64,000 bases of DNA from Prorocentrum cordatum (lineage: Eukaryota). The stretch is taken from contig CAUYUJ010000002.1 of assembly GCA_963575745.1 (NCBI GenBank), positions 2,170,001 through 2,234,000 on the forward strand. Reading direction: 5' to 3'. Each line of letters opens with the position of its first letter. Position 1 is the stretch's first letter. The notes beneath the pieces are model-generated. The model had not been told where the DNA came from, ran no database searches, and saw only the letters and a list, made by a program, of their open reading frames with translations. The translations under genes were made by a program, and so were the position numbers. Positions 25,600 through 38,714 of this stretch are shown piece by piece.

Positions 25600-28500
25600 G
25601 CTGTCGCCTCCTGCTCGGTTTGCGCCAACGCGGCGAAGGCCGCCGCCGCCGTAGCCGCCTTCGCCAAGGCTGCACGAGAAGGACGCTTCTTCCAAGCACG
25701 TCCAGAGTGCGACGGGGCATACGGCTTGGGCACGCACGGTTTGGCCCAGAAGTGCGTTAGCGCAAGCAGTGAATGCCACCATTCGGGACCTCGATGACCT
25801 CGTGACCTTCTCGTCCGAGATGTCGGCTCTGCCATCGGCAGCCATGCCGCCAGCAATCGAGACCCAGAAGAACGCGGAGTCGAGCATGGTCTGCCTCGCT
25901 TGGATGATCTGCCTGACGGCGTCGGGAGCGCCGACTTGAGCAGCCATAAACTTGGCACACCGACCAGTTTCGATGTTGCCCCTGCGGGCTCTAGCCGTGG
26001 CCGGGCCCTCTGGCACGCGCTGAGCAGAAGCGCGCGTTTTGATTTTGACAACTGCGAGGCCGTCTACGCCGAGCCCCCCGAAGTCCTGAACTGCATGCCA
26101 GACGCGAACCCACAGCTCCGCCCGGGCGGCCTTGCTGCTTGCAGTGGCCTCGGGCCCACGAATGTTGATATCACTCGCCGCAAAGTCAGCGACAATATTA
26201 GCTGTCACTTGTGGAATGGTGCCCTTGAGAAGCAGGAGAAGCGCCAGCAGCTCGCCGCCGCCGATGGACTGCAAGGCACCAGCCAAAGGGGAGGCTAACG
26301 CACGCGTAGCAGACCTTGGCCCAGGGTCGATGTGATCGCCGCCGCTAGGCAAAGCAATAACGGCACATCCTGCACCGGCAATATCGGTGCCACCGCCGGT
26401 GTAGGCTCCATCTGCGAACAGGTCGGGCTCTGCAAACGGCAGGCCCTCGCCGTAGCCCTTGATCCACTGCGCGCGCCAGGAAGTCGCCACCTGGCGGCCC
26501 CCACTCCACTTCGTGAGCGGTTCTGGCAGCCACGACCTCCCGAGCAGAGCCCTGGTCGTGATGGGGCCGCTCATGCCCTTGAAGCGCCCCAGCTCCTCTG
26601 GAAGGGGCAAAGGCGGCCAAGCGGTTTGACGCCCCACGTGCCTGCGCCAAAGTGCCCCCATCTTGCTGGGACGCAGCGAGCAGACCTAGTAAGCGCTGAG
26701 GCCTGCCGCGCAGAGCAGCTCGTTGAGCCGCTGACCGTCGACCAGGCATGATCTGGCGCACCCAGCTTCACTGGGCGCCAACGTCTTCCAAGCCATGGCG
26801 ACCTTGGCGGAGCCTCGGCCCGACGCGACCCACCGCCTGACCCGCGGCAGGAAGACTCCGCCAGCACCGTAGATGTCGTAGCGCGTGCTCTTGGCCAGCT
26901 GAGACAACTGCCACGGCCCGACGCCTCTCGTGACAATCTGCTTGACCGCCCAGGGAGAGCGCGCCGCCAAGTTGAGCTTCTCGCCCGCGTTATCAGTGAA
27001 AGAGCTGAGTGCGAAACCGATCCTCTGCAAAGACATCGCTGCTGCTCCGAGCGGGCCACGCGCGTCGCCCCAGCGCTTGGCGACCTTCGCGCCCCATTCG
27101 AAAGTAGACTGCAAAATGGGCGTCGGGATCCACTTCCCCCATGCAGCCTTGGCCCGCATCATGACAGGCCCCAGCGCGGCAGCGAAGATGGGGTCCAATG
27201 TCGTGGCCCCCGAGAACATCAGCATTGCGGTGGTATTCTCGCCTGCTGGCCGTGGCCCCACGGCTCTGACCGTGACGGGGCGCATCCCGGACAACCCGCT
27301 GAGGTCGAGGCCAGTGCAGTTGACGCCGCACATCGCCGAAGGATGGAGGTCTGTGAACGCAACCTCGGCCGCGGCAGCGCGCCCGCGCCTCAGGCCCAAA
27401 AAGCTCCGCACCTTGCCGGGGCGAAGCGCGACGTTGGCGAGGCGTTGCTGCCGAAGGGCCCGATCTGCACGTCGCCCCCCTGCATGATCGATGACCACGA
27501 TCTTGAGTTTAACGTTCTTCAGCTGCTGCGCCAATGCACCGATCGCCCTGCGCCCGCTTGGTGCCGCCCCAGCGCTGGAGCACCAGGCCGTCGACCACGA
27601 CGGCTGGCGCGACGACCCCGAACCGCGCGACCATCGCGAAGAGCGGCTGCAGCAACATGAGCTTCATGAAGCCCGTGGCGAATCCGTCTCCAGCGAGCAC
27701 CGTCCGGGAGACCTGCATCTCCTGCGAGCAGCACCCGTCGAGGTGAAGCACCCTCGGCGCACCGTGCAGATAGATCTGCAGCTTGGCCAGCCAGAACGGA
27801 AAACCGCACTTGATGGCTGCCTGCACGAGGCACCGATGCGAGACCTGCTCGGTTGCCTTCCAAAGGTCCAGTTCGATGCTGGCAGAAGTCCCAGTCTTGA
27901 TCGGGGCGAAGTTCGGCCATCATCGCAATCCACTGTGATCTCATCCGTTGCTGCCACACCGCTCTGTCACATGAGCGCCCAGAGCACGCCCACCAGTAGG
28001 GCCTGTCACTGGCCTTCTCCCACTGCTGCATGATGGGTCTGCGAAGCCTGCCGTGAACTCGGACCACCGATGCCAACAGCGCGATGGGTCGAAGGCCTCC
28101 ATCTGCCTTGGGAATGCCATCGGCAAGTCAATGAGGGCCTCGATGCCTAGGTCACCCACCAGGTTGAATGAATTCACTTGGACGGATGCTGTCAAAGTTG
28201 GACCCAGACTGAGGCTTGAAAGACGAGATCACGTTCCGCAGCTCAGCCACATAAGGCTTGCCGGAGCGCTCTCCGAGGTCCTCAGGCCAAGGCAGACGAT
28301 GCCTCTCGGGCTCGAGCTCCCTCGAGGCATTCGCAGCTGCGTCAGGAAGCGTAGCCTCGCTCAACAGCGGGGGACTGTGGCTGCGTCGGGGAAAGTCCCC
28401 CTTTTCGCCTCCAACTGTTGGTTGAGCCTCATGCGCACCACCACCAGCTGCCTGGACTCGCAGGGCCTGGGTGGCGACGATGTCCCAGTAAATGGACCGC

Positions 28501-30828
28501 TCGTCGACCAACGCCTGCAGGCTCTGCTGAATGGAGTTCGGCGCCAGACCAACTGTGTTGGCTGGCTTTGCATTCCAGGACTGAGCCGTCTTCGTGACAG
28601 CATGGATGCCGCCTGAGCCCGTAGCGACAGAGTGCAGCACCCAGTCGTTCTAGCTCTTGGAGGCTAGATCCAGATCCGTCTTGACCATTGCCTCAGACCA
28701 TCTGAAGCATGCCGCACTGAGCACACCAAGCTGATCAAGGGAGAAATCCTGCGCTCGGCTGGCGATGATGCTGGCCACGCCCTGCAGCTCTGTGAGGTCG
28801 GACGGCGGCCTCCTAGCCAGCCTGCCCAAGGCACGCAGGGCTCAACACCTGGCGAGCGGCCGTTCGATCTGCGCTGCGTCCCGGAGACAGATAGCAACCG
28901 ACCTGCACCAGGTCGAGGCTCGAGTGACGCGCGGCAGCCTAGGCGGCGACGGCGCCGTGGCTGAGGTGGCTGAAAGCCTGGGCCGTTCCGCGCGGCCTGA
29001 GCATCTGTCCATGCACCCGATCTGGTCGCGAACGGCACGCCAAGCTGGGCCGTGATCTTGCGCGCAGCAGGCGAGCGGCCCGGGCAGAGGCAGCCGCTTG
29101 GCCGCACGCATGACGGTGACCTTTTGGTGCCAGATCGGGCCGAGCAGCTCGAGCGCAATTGGGTAGCGCGGGCTGAGGTCCAGCCCGTGGACAACGCTGG
29201 CTCTGGCCCCGCGGAAGTGCCTCGAGACCACAAAGAATTTGATAATCCTGCCTGCAGGTCTGCACGCGGCCCCCGTGGGCGCAGCAACCACCGCCTGCGC
29301 CGCCTCTAGCCAGCCAGACTCTTCCAGGACCGACGGCTACATGTTGAAGTCCCCGCACACGATGAAGGGCCTGTTGGCCGCCTGCAGGGCCTTGAGCACC
29401 GCGTAGAGGGCGTCGGCATTGCTCTCGTTGAGCCCGGCGTTGACTTCCAGATACAAGTTGACCCACGCGATGCCGCCTCTACAGACGCCACTGAGGTGGG
29501 AGATGATGGCGCGACCAGGCTCCAGCACATATTGTTTGCCGGGCAGGTCGGACGGCCCGAGCCCGAGGTATTGGGGCGCCATCTGCACAAGGCCCCCAGT
29601 GCCCTGGGAGCCAAAACCAGCGTTGATCGCTGGCGCAGCGAATCCAAGTGCGTCTCCTGAACGGCAACGAACTCGCAGCACCTGACAGTGGCTGTGCCAA
29701 GCAGGTTGGCGAACCTCGACCAAGCATTGCAGTTGACCTGAGACCAACCCACCAACGCCCTTGCTTGTCCGCCGTTCTGGGCATGAGTGAGGAACGATTG
29801 CCACCTATGGCCTCGCCGAGGCCGCTACCCCGAGGTCTTGGAGCGCTTGGCGGCCCTGAGCGTGCCCAGTGCCCCCATTGAGCCTCTTCGTCTCGTTCTC
29901 GCCCGCAGCGCTGCCGAGAAGTCCATCAGGATCCTCGCCCTCCATGAACTTGTCGAATTCGTCGCTGCCTGGGTCGCCTGCCATGGGAGCATCAGCCTCG
30001 TCTGCGCCACCACCTGCGCCTGCGCCAGGAGCGCCTGGAACTGCACCTGCGGCTGGCACAGCGCGGGCAGGCTCTGCCTCGGGATGCGGCGGGGCCGCGG
30101 CTGCAGTCATCTCGCCCAGGATCGCGGCGAGGCTAGCCAGGACCTCAGCACCCGACTTGCCCTCCGCGTCGATGGAGGCGACCTTGTCCTTGACGGAGCG
30201 GGGCGCGTCCTCAGCCGCGGTGGAAGAGTAGAGCTTCGCCGCCTGCTTCTTGGCCTGCTCGAGCTTCGGCCTGCGCTCGGCGAGGGCCCGATCCGCGTCT
30301 GCCAGCGCCTCCAGAGCCTTGCGAGAGTTCTCCAAGAGGCGCTCACGCTTGGCTGCGGCGTCGGCGACGGCCAGCGATGCTTGATCGACTGCCAGAGGGA
30401 GCTTCCGCGCCCCCGAGCCCCGGACTCCAGCGGCTGCCTTTCGACGTGCCAGCTCGACCTTGTCTCGGCTGCTGCGTGAAAGTCCGCCCTTGGCGATCTC
30501 ATGCGACTCCATGGCCATGGCTGCGTAGGCTGCAATCTTCTCTGGCGAGAGCGCGAGGGTTTCGGGAGCAGCAGGCCCTCCGCCGTTAGTTTCATGCCCT
30601 TTGCCACCACGCCCTCTTGCCGCCGCCGCCGCCTTTGGGCCCCTGCTTGGTCCAGGGAGCTCCGAGACTGCCGCCGCCGACTGCCCGCTTACCCAAAGGC
30701 CTGCGGTGGTCGTTCGTTGCTGGCACATTGCGGTCCGTCTGCTTGCCCTTGCAGCCAGCCTTGCTACAGAGTGAGAGATGTTGTGGCGCGTAGCCACCGC
30801 ACCGCACGCACGGCCAGCATTTCGCCAT
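25600..30828 (-). mobile_element. Decayed LINE: ORF1 (Zn finger + coiled coil) - APE endonuclease - RT - RNase H
   Basis: ORF1 start MAKCWPCVRCGGYAPQHLSLCSKAGC; APE motifs AVQETHL, WVNLYL, IVCGDFNM; degenerate RT segment (TVLAGDGFATGFMKL..VVVDG); RNase H LFADGA..AGAGCAV..QSIGGGELLAL..LWVRVW..VVKIK..RRGN..AK. Many frameshifts and stops. Confidence 0.8.
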
Positions 30829-31019
30829 GAGAGCCAAAGGGTCCAAGCGAACAGACGACGTCGGAATAGGACTGCGCACCCTAGGGCTGAGGTGGGCAGG
30901 TGATGACCAGGGGGCGGACCTGGCACCACGAGAAGATGAATCGCAAGCTCGGGGAACAGAGCTATCCCGCTTTCGCCTAGAGGCTTGCAGCCTCCCAAGC
31001 ATGGAGTCTTGATCCAAAA

Positions 31020-32008
31020 TAGCTACGGAGCGCCACAGGGGCCTTAGGCGGAGCCCCCTATGGGGCCACGGAGCGGGTGAGTTGTTTGCGAAAACAGGGG
31101 TGGCGCGCCCGCCGCTGGGGCCTAAGGTGGAGCTTCCCATGGGGCCACGAACCGCGTGAGGGGTGTGCCAAAACGGAGGTGGCGCCCACATGTGGGCTGC
31201 GCCATTGGGGCCGTGGGTGGAGCTCCCGATTAGGCCACGGACGGTGTGAAGGAGTTTGCGACAACAGGGGTGGCGCGCCCACAAGCGGGCTGCGCCATTG
31301 GGGCCTGAGGTGGAGCCCCCCATGGAGTCACAAACCGTGTGAGGGGTGTGCCGAAACGGGGGTGGCGCCCACATATTGGTTGCGCCATTGAAGTAGTGGG
31401 TGGAGCCAAACCGTGTGAGGGGGTTGCGAAAACAGGGGTGTTGCGCCCACATGCGGGCTGCGCCATTGGAGCCTTTTTATGTGGAGTTCCCCATGGGGCC
31501 ACGAACCGTGTGAGAGGGTGCCGAAACGGGGGTGGCGCCCACATACGGGTTGTGCCATTGGGGCCGTGGGTGGAGCTCCTCATGGGGCCACGAACCGTGC
31601 GAGGAGTTTGCGGACACGGGGGTGGCGCCCATATGCGGACAGCGTTTGGGCGGCCTGAGTTGGAGCTCCCCGTGGGGCCACAAAACGTGTGAGAAGTGTG
31701 CCTCAGCGGATCGCGATGGTGATGATAACGGCGATGCTGATGGCGATGAAGGTGATGATGACGACCATGATGGTGATGATCATGATGGCGATGATGATAG
31801 TAATGCTGCTGATGTTGACGGTGGCGGTGACGATGCTGATGCTGATGATGTTGATGGTCATGGTGATGGCGAAGGTGGTGCTGGTGATGAAGCCGATGAT
31901 GATGGTGATGGTGATGATGGTGACGATTATCATGATGATGATGGTGGTGATGATGGTGACGATAATGATGACGATGATTATGATGTCGATGAGGATGGTG
32001 ATGATGCT

Positions 32009-32044
<36 letters not shown>

Positions 32045-32157
32045 GGAGGAGGTGGAGGAGGAGGAGAAGAGGAAGAGGGTGCAGCGAGGAGGAGGAAGAA
32101 TGACGCGGGGCGCTCTCACTTCAAAGCGAGGACCCCGCACCACAGGATGGCTGGGAA
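31020..32157 (-). mobile_element. Diverged copy C of the tandem-array element with expanded (GAT)n
   Basis: ~78-bp related units (GGTGGAGCTCC..ATGGGGCCACGAACCG), (GAT)n at 31715-32045, then end TTCAAAGCGAGGACCCCGCACCACAGGATGGCTGGGAA. Confidence 0.7.
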
Positions 32158-33949
32158 TTACAGAACCTCTACCGAGCAACCAACATGCATTCTCACACTC
32201 ACCAACGTGCCGAAGGCGCGGTGGCGGATTTGTCAGTCAGTATCTTTGCGGTGCACCTGCCACGTCTTAGCTTCATTGGGCATGGTTGGGCACCGGCCTC
32301 CTAGGGTTGAGGCTACTCTGGCGCGGCACAGTGCGCGTTTTTATTCCCGATTGTATCGACCACGGTCCTCCCTGGCTTGAGGCTCTTCAGGCGCCGGGCG
32401 CAGCATTGTCTAGTCGGACGCAGCATTTGAACAGCCAGCGTCGGCCTTGAATCGTTAAATAAGTGCACGAATTCGATGGTCATCCATTTTGGCACACACA
32501 CACACGTGCACATGCGCACCTAGGCCAGACATGTGAGCCCCCTCATGATTCAAAACGCGTGTGATTCTTGCGGATCCTACTGGATCCTCATCTGGACGTT
32601 CGCAGGCATCGCGCTAGTCGCGCCCTGGGCGATTTTTTTTGTCCAGACTGGCCTGCGCGGCGGGTTCCGAACAGACCCCGTATTGGAATTCCAGTGTTGG
32701 AAGCGAGGAAACTCGCGGAACCCCAAGACGAAAACACGATTATTCAAATGGATCAGCATTTGGAATGGCATCCCGGAAGCGTGCGCAATCGGGTCAACAT
32801 CGGCATTTCTCAACGTTCCCCAAACAGTTGTTGCATTTGAGTGATTGCTTTTGTTTTCTAAGGAATCGGGCCTGCGAGCTGGTCCAGCGGCTATGTCGCC
32901 ACCGTCGCCCCCTCGTCGCCGGCTCGTCGCCGCCCGTCATTTGGGCCTGCGTGTCGGTCTGGCGGCTATGCCGCCTCCGTCGCCGCCTCGTCGCCGCCCG
33001 TCGTTTCGGCTTGGTTGTCGGTCTGGCGGCTATGTTGTCGCTGTCGTCGCCTCGTCGGGTCCGCCGCCTTTGTTGTCGCCATCGCCTCCCCGTCGCTTTG
33101 CTCAGTTACGCCACATAGATTGCACAACAGATGTTGCCACATTGATTGCACCACATATTCAGACTGGACCACATAAATTGCACCACATACGTTGCAAAAT
33201 ATAGATTGCTCCACATCGATTGCAACTATAGATCTGTCCACAGGTTCTCGCTTTTCAGCAAAATTGTATAATGTACACCCCCTCCCCCCTCAAAAAAAAC
33301 ATACGATTCTGCCCCATCGCCCATCGTCAACATGAATTCGTCGCATCCCAGCCATACGGGCAATGCCCCCCTTCATCCTCTGCAAAAAAACTGTATGCGC
33401 GCATACTCGTTTATCAAAAAACATCAGTGTTCAAGAGAGTGTGAGAGAGAGAGAGCGCCATGCATGTCAAAGGTGAGTTGGCAGCAATGCAAAACCTGCA
33501 ATCACATTGCTATATGCGTGCAGAAATTGTGCACTGCATGGCGCTAAGCATTGGCGTCACCCTGCCATTATTGATGCAATCTGTCAGCATCGCTGGCTGC
33601 CTGCAAGCCGTGGTAAACACGTTGGGTGTCCACGTGTTCTTCGGCCGGCCGTGTTTCCGGCGACCGCCCCGGCAGAACGACCCAGGGGCGAAAATGCAGC
33701 GTCAGACGGCGCTGTCGTCTGGCTGTTGGTCCGCCTCCCCCACCAGCACTAGCTGCTGGTATGCTAACTGGTTACTTACTTTCTGACAGCTGCAATGGGC
33801 CAAGACGGGATCATTCGAAACACGGCTCACACCAGTACGTTATGGCGGCCATTTTGTGGAGGCAGCGCGTTTGGAAAGCATCTGGCTTACGGAAGTTTTA
33901 GCTTGTTGAGCCAGAGAGTGTGCAGGCAATACATCGGGTCAGACACAAC

Positions 33950-35260
33950 GCAAGATTGGAAACCAAGACCGTATTGAAAATTTAAGCTTTCGCATGCTTC
34001 CAATGTTGCACAAACTATAGGACTGTTTGTATGTTATGCCGACCCTTCTGCTCAGCTCAGGTCCGTTGCCGCCGTCGGCGTTCAGTAGCCCACCCAAGTA
34101 GATCATATTGTCCCTCTGCGGGATTGTTGACCCGTCTGGTCGGGCCAGATGTGTCTCGCATCCCACGGACACAACCTCGAGCTTGCCCCAATTGAGCCCC
34201 ATTCCATAGTTCCTCCCGGCCTCGCGCACGCATTCCATCAGCTGTTAGACGTACTCTTCGTCTGCCCCGACGATAGGGGTGCAGTCGGCGTACATGAGAT
34301 CGCTAACCAGAATTGAGTTGGGTTGCAACATGCAACAGCCCGCGACCAGCAAAATTCCGCTTCGCGTCTTGCATGAGGCCCGTCATCACGATCGAGAACA
34401 GTGAGCATGGGCATCCCTGCGATATGCCGAACGCTTGAGGCCAAGATTCGGAGGCTGAGTCAGATCTCGGACGCGGGAGCTCCTGTGGTTGTATATTCCC
34501 GTCACAGCGGCGGCGAAGTGTTCAGGGATGCCGAAGCGGATCAACGCCTGCAGGAGGCTATTTGGCGACACGTTGTCGAATGTTTTAGCCCAGTCGAGAG
34601 CGAGAAGAAGCAATTTCCAAGACGCCGTGTCCACGGTGTCCTCGATCAGCCGCCGCGCTACAAACAGTGCGTCGGCCGCTCCACTACCGGATCGGAATCC
34701 AAACTGCGCGCCCCAAATCCAGTCCTCGGCGCCCGCGCCCGTCAAGTGCGCAAGCAGTATCACGGCGTAGGGCATGTGCCCGATGGGAAAAAGGGATATC
34801 GGAATGTAGTTCTCGCACTCGGCGACGTCGCCTTTTTTGAAGATGGACGTGACCATCGCATCGCGACAGGCGTCGGGCACATGCGCCTCCGTCCAACACC
34901 GATCGCAGAGCAGAATGGCCCACCCGCATACTGGCGCGTCTGAGCTGCAGACTGCCTTCCAAAACTCAGCTGGGACGCCGTCACTTCCGGCAGCTCGATC
35001 CCGTTTCAGCGCACGCGCTGCCGCGCGCATTTCCGCGCAGGTTGCTCGGGCCCCAACTGTTCTGGATCGCTCACGGCAATGACTGGCCGCTCGGCCCACT
35101 GCGCGGCGGCGACGCACACGGCCAGCGTTCGGGCCCGCTCGTCGCCATCAACTTCCCGGCCGCGCAGGTCCCGCAATCGCCCTGGAGTGGCGCCGCGGGG
35201 GTTCTGGAGCTTGCGCGCCTGGCCCCAGTTGCCGTTATCCAAGAGTCCGTGAGCCAGCGC
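33950..35260 (-). pseudogene. LINE (RTE-like) reverse transcriptase fragment
   Basis: AAGSDGVPAEFWK, IFKKGD..ENYIPISL, QFGFRSGSG, LALDWAKTFDNV, YAD, LNWGK, YLGGLL; frameshifted. Confidence 0.9.
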
Positions 35261-35803
35261 CCCTTGTCATTCTTGATGGATGCCTTGATCCTCCCGTGGA
35301 AACGTTCCCCCTTCGCTGAGCCCCGTCTGCAGCAGCAGCGAAATCATCGACCGCGGCATCACTCCAGCGGCCCAGGGGCTGGCGCCGGCACGACGTGGGC
35401 ACGCTGTCGCGAGGCGACAGCAGACAAAGTTCGGGCCGCGGCGCCTGCCGGTGTTAGCAGGTCTGGTCTCGAGCCCCTCTCGCGCTCTGATTTCGGAGCC
35501 CCCGTGCGCGCGCGGCATAGCAACGGGAAGCGATGCGATGCATGCGCGTAGCCCCGCCAGCTCAACGTCTGCCACTCCGCGTCGCACAGAGGGAAATCGA
35601 TCTTACCGCAATATTGCGGCGCGTCTGGGTCTCCAGGTTGGGACCCCACGCTGCGGCGCGCGATCTGGCCCCCCGCGGAATGGTCAAAGAAAGTGTTGGC
35701 GACGACCAGCCCCCCCTTCTCCCGCGTAGATCCATCAGCAGGCTTCGGTTCGACCGAGGGTTGCGCCGGGCCAGCGGGCCCCTGGGCCCGAAGATCCGGA
35801 CCC

Positions 35804-36448
35804 AGAGATCGGCGACTTCAATTACGCGCTGAAACTTCAAGAGAAGAACATCAAACAGTGCCAGCGAATGATGCAAGACGTCAAAACAAGTACGAGACGC
35901 AGATCGACTACCTGACGGCGCAGAAGAGAAAGCTCAACAGCATCTTGCTCAGGTCGCAGATGCTAAACACGAAGAACACCTTGGAGGCCATCATGATCGG
36001 GGGGAACATGCAGACGCTCACGGACCAGCTGACGGGCATCGAGGAGGCGTTGACCGCCACGCTCCAGGCGCACGGCAGCCTACAGTTCCGCAGCGAGGCC
36101 CCACCGAAATACCCATCGAGCAAGGAGTAGATGAAGATGCAGGTGGACGAGGCCAACCACTTGGAGGACCAGGTCACGCCGATCCGCACGCAGCGCGCCA
36201 TGGAGCTTGCAAAGATCACGCTGGCACCCCCATGGGACGCAGGAGACCCGAGCACGTGGGTGTTCTACGGCTGGACGCCTCCAGCAGAGGGCATCCCAGC
36301 ATGGAACAAAGACGACCCGAACACGCGCGTATTCTACGGATGGAAGGAGAAGCGCCCATGGGTGGACTACCAGAAGGGGCAGGGAAGTGAGAGCAAGGTG
36401 CAGGCAGAGGAGATTGCGATTGGTTCGGACGGTGAGGGAGAGATCTGA
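35804..36448 (+). pseudogene. Coiled-coil / Trp-repeat protein, disrupted paralog of 43615-44382
   Basis: Collinear similarity (IGD..Y..KLQ..NI..C; AQK..L; QTL.DQ; AHGSL; PPW.AGD.S.W.F.GW.PP..GIPAWNKDDP.T..F.GW...WVDY); frameshift near 35885 and TAG at 36128. Confidence 0.8.
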
Positions 36449-37513
36449 TCAGGAGGTCGAGGCAGCAACTACCCGCTCTCAAAGTATGGATGGGAGTTTT
36501 TTTTTTAAATCTATATATATATATATATATATAAAAAGAGATAGAGAGAATGAGAAAACACACATATATATATAAAATCCGTCAGGAGTTGATGCTGCGC
36601 AGACGAAGAGTACCCCGCGCAGGGCCAGAGGACCTGATATATATATATATATATAAAATCGACGGTTCAGATACACGACGGACAGTGCCACCAACAACAT
36701 CCTGGGACCTTTGTGCACGGACAGAGACGGAACGGACAGAAACAACAGCACCCACTCCAATTATCACCCATGCCAGCCCCAGACCTGAGTAGGAGGAGGT
36801 AGAGTTTCTTCGATTGTTTGGCCCTGTCTGAGAGGGAGGGGAGGGGGGGGGAGGGGGAGGAGGAGCCGCGCGCGCGGCGCCCCGCCGCGCTGGGCTACGT
36901 GGGCTACGCAGGCGCGCCCCGCTGGCGCCGCCCCCTCCCCCCTCGCCTCTCCTTCTTGTGTGTGTGTGTGCGTGGTGTGGGTGGTTGAGCGTGCGTGTGT
37001 GTGTGTGTGTGCGTGGTTTCCCCCCTCGAATCACCGAGTGCGCCACCCCTTGCCCTGGGGCTCAGGGCGCGGCTCTCGCGATGAGCCCTGCCCTAGCCCC
37101 CCAGCTGTTGAGCGAGGGAGGCACCCGGCTCCCTGCGCGAGGCCCACCCCCGCGAGTACGTCCCTGGGGAGTGCGCTTCAGGCAGGCCTAGGCGATCAAG
37201 AAATTGGTCCCAGGCCCATGCATCCATGTCCATCGCAGGGATACTACTAGAGCTTGCTGCCGCTGCCGCTGTAGCTGTTCTGACTCATCCCCGAAGCGCC
37301 TTTGCTTTTTTTGCCTCCCCCTCCCCCTCCCCCTCCTCATCCCCCTCCTCCTTCTAGTCGGCGTGGGCAGGATCGAGGCTTTACCGACCCGCCAGGAGGG
37401 TGCGAAGCTTCCACCACGCGACTTGCTCGGCCCATCCGCTCGCTGCCTCGGCCAAGGGACGGGGCAGGGGGAGAGGAGGCCAGTCACGGCCACATACACT
37501 CGCAGTCCGCCTA

Positions 37514-38640
37514 ATGAAAATAGTCACTCACAACCCGCAGAGCGCAGCGATGAGCGAACGACTAGAAGACGTTAGTTGCGAGCAGAAGGGCTGGGACATA
37601 GTACTATTAAACGGAACACATCACTGGGCGGCAGCAGAGGGAGTATTTACCCACCGACTACCGCACCATTTGGCATATCGGTTTGGAGAGAAGAAAGGCA
37701 AGCTGGTGACGAAGGCATGTGGAATCGCTATTCTAGTAGCTCACCATATACACCCGACGTCCCTACGAAGCACTTATGTCCCCCCAGCCGAGATCCAAGG
37801 TCGAGCGGGGGGCCTCCGTATCGGGTCAAGAGAAGAGGACTTCTGCTTTTTTCGCGTTTACCTCGCCCCCACCCACTGCCAGTCCTTCTCCACGATAGCA
37901 AAAAAAGTGACGGGGTGGGTAGAGAACCAGTGCGACGGGTTGGGGGCTCGCTGCACAGTAGTGGTAGGGGGAGATATCAACAGCCAGCTAGGCTTGCATA
38001 GGGGACCAGACGGAGTGGTCACTGCTAACAGAGGAGCTACGACGGGACCAAAACACCACTTTCTGGAAAACGAGAACGGGCAGTATTTCAGGGAGATGTG
38101 TACAGGTTCCAACCTAGCAGTGGCTACAACGTATCACGACGTGGGCCCGACCTATTATTCCCCGAAGGGAGGCTCCAGCACAATCGACCGCATTGCTATT
38201 CCAGTTTCGGCCCTTCCTGCGGCGTCTCGCTGCGTAGCGCTGCGCACGTCGGCGAAGAGGCTGCAGCTGATAAGGGGGAGAGGACACAGAGACCACATCC
38301 CCATAGGCATGGTCCTAGATGTATCGGGCAGGAACAGTTCTGCGTCGGTGCGAAGGGAAAGGGAGCCCCCCCTGGATCGGGACAAGCTGATGGAATGCCT
38401 CCGCAGAGGCACAGCGCGCCCCGACCTTTTTGCTGCTCTGGAGAGGGAGATGGAGGGGATGCAGGAAGAGTGGGAGCAGGCGAAGCAGGAGGGGACGCCC
38501 GACAAAATGCGGGACCTGTGGAGTGGAACAGCTCGGAGGGCGCTGGACACCTGCTTCCGACAGGGGGCAGAAAGACTTGGACTCGACTACGGAAGTGGTG
38601 CGAGAGCGACGGATGGCACTGTTAGCAGAAAGGAGGGCCC

Positions 38641-38714
<74 letters not shown>

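Noticed and set aside
31532..32380. Asp-, Met- and His-rich ORFs
   Set aside because: Translations of a (GAT)n microsatellite inside a repeat element.
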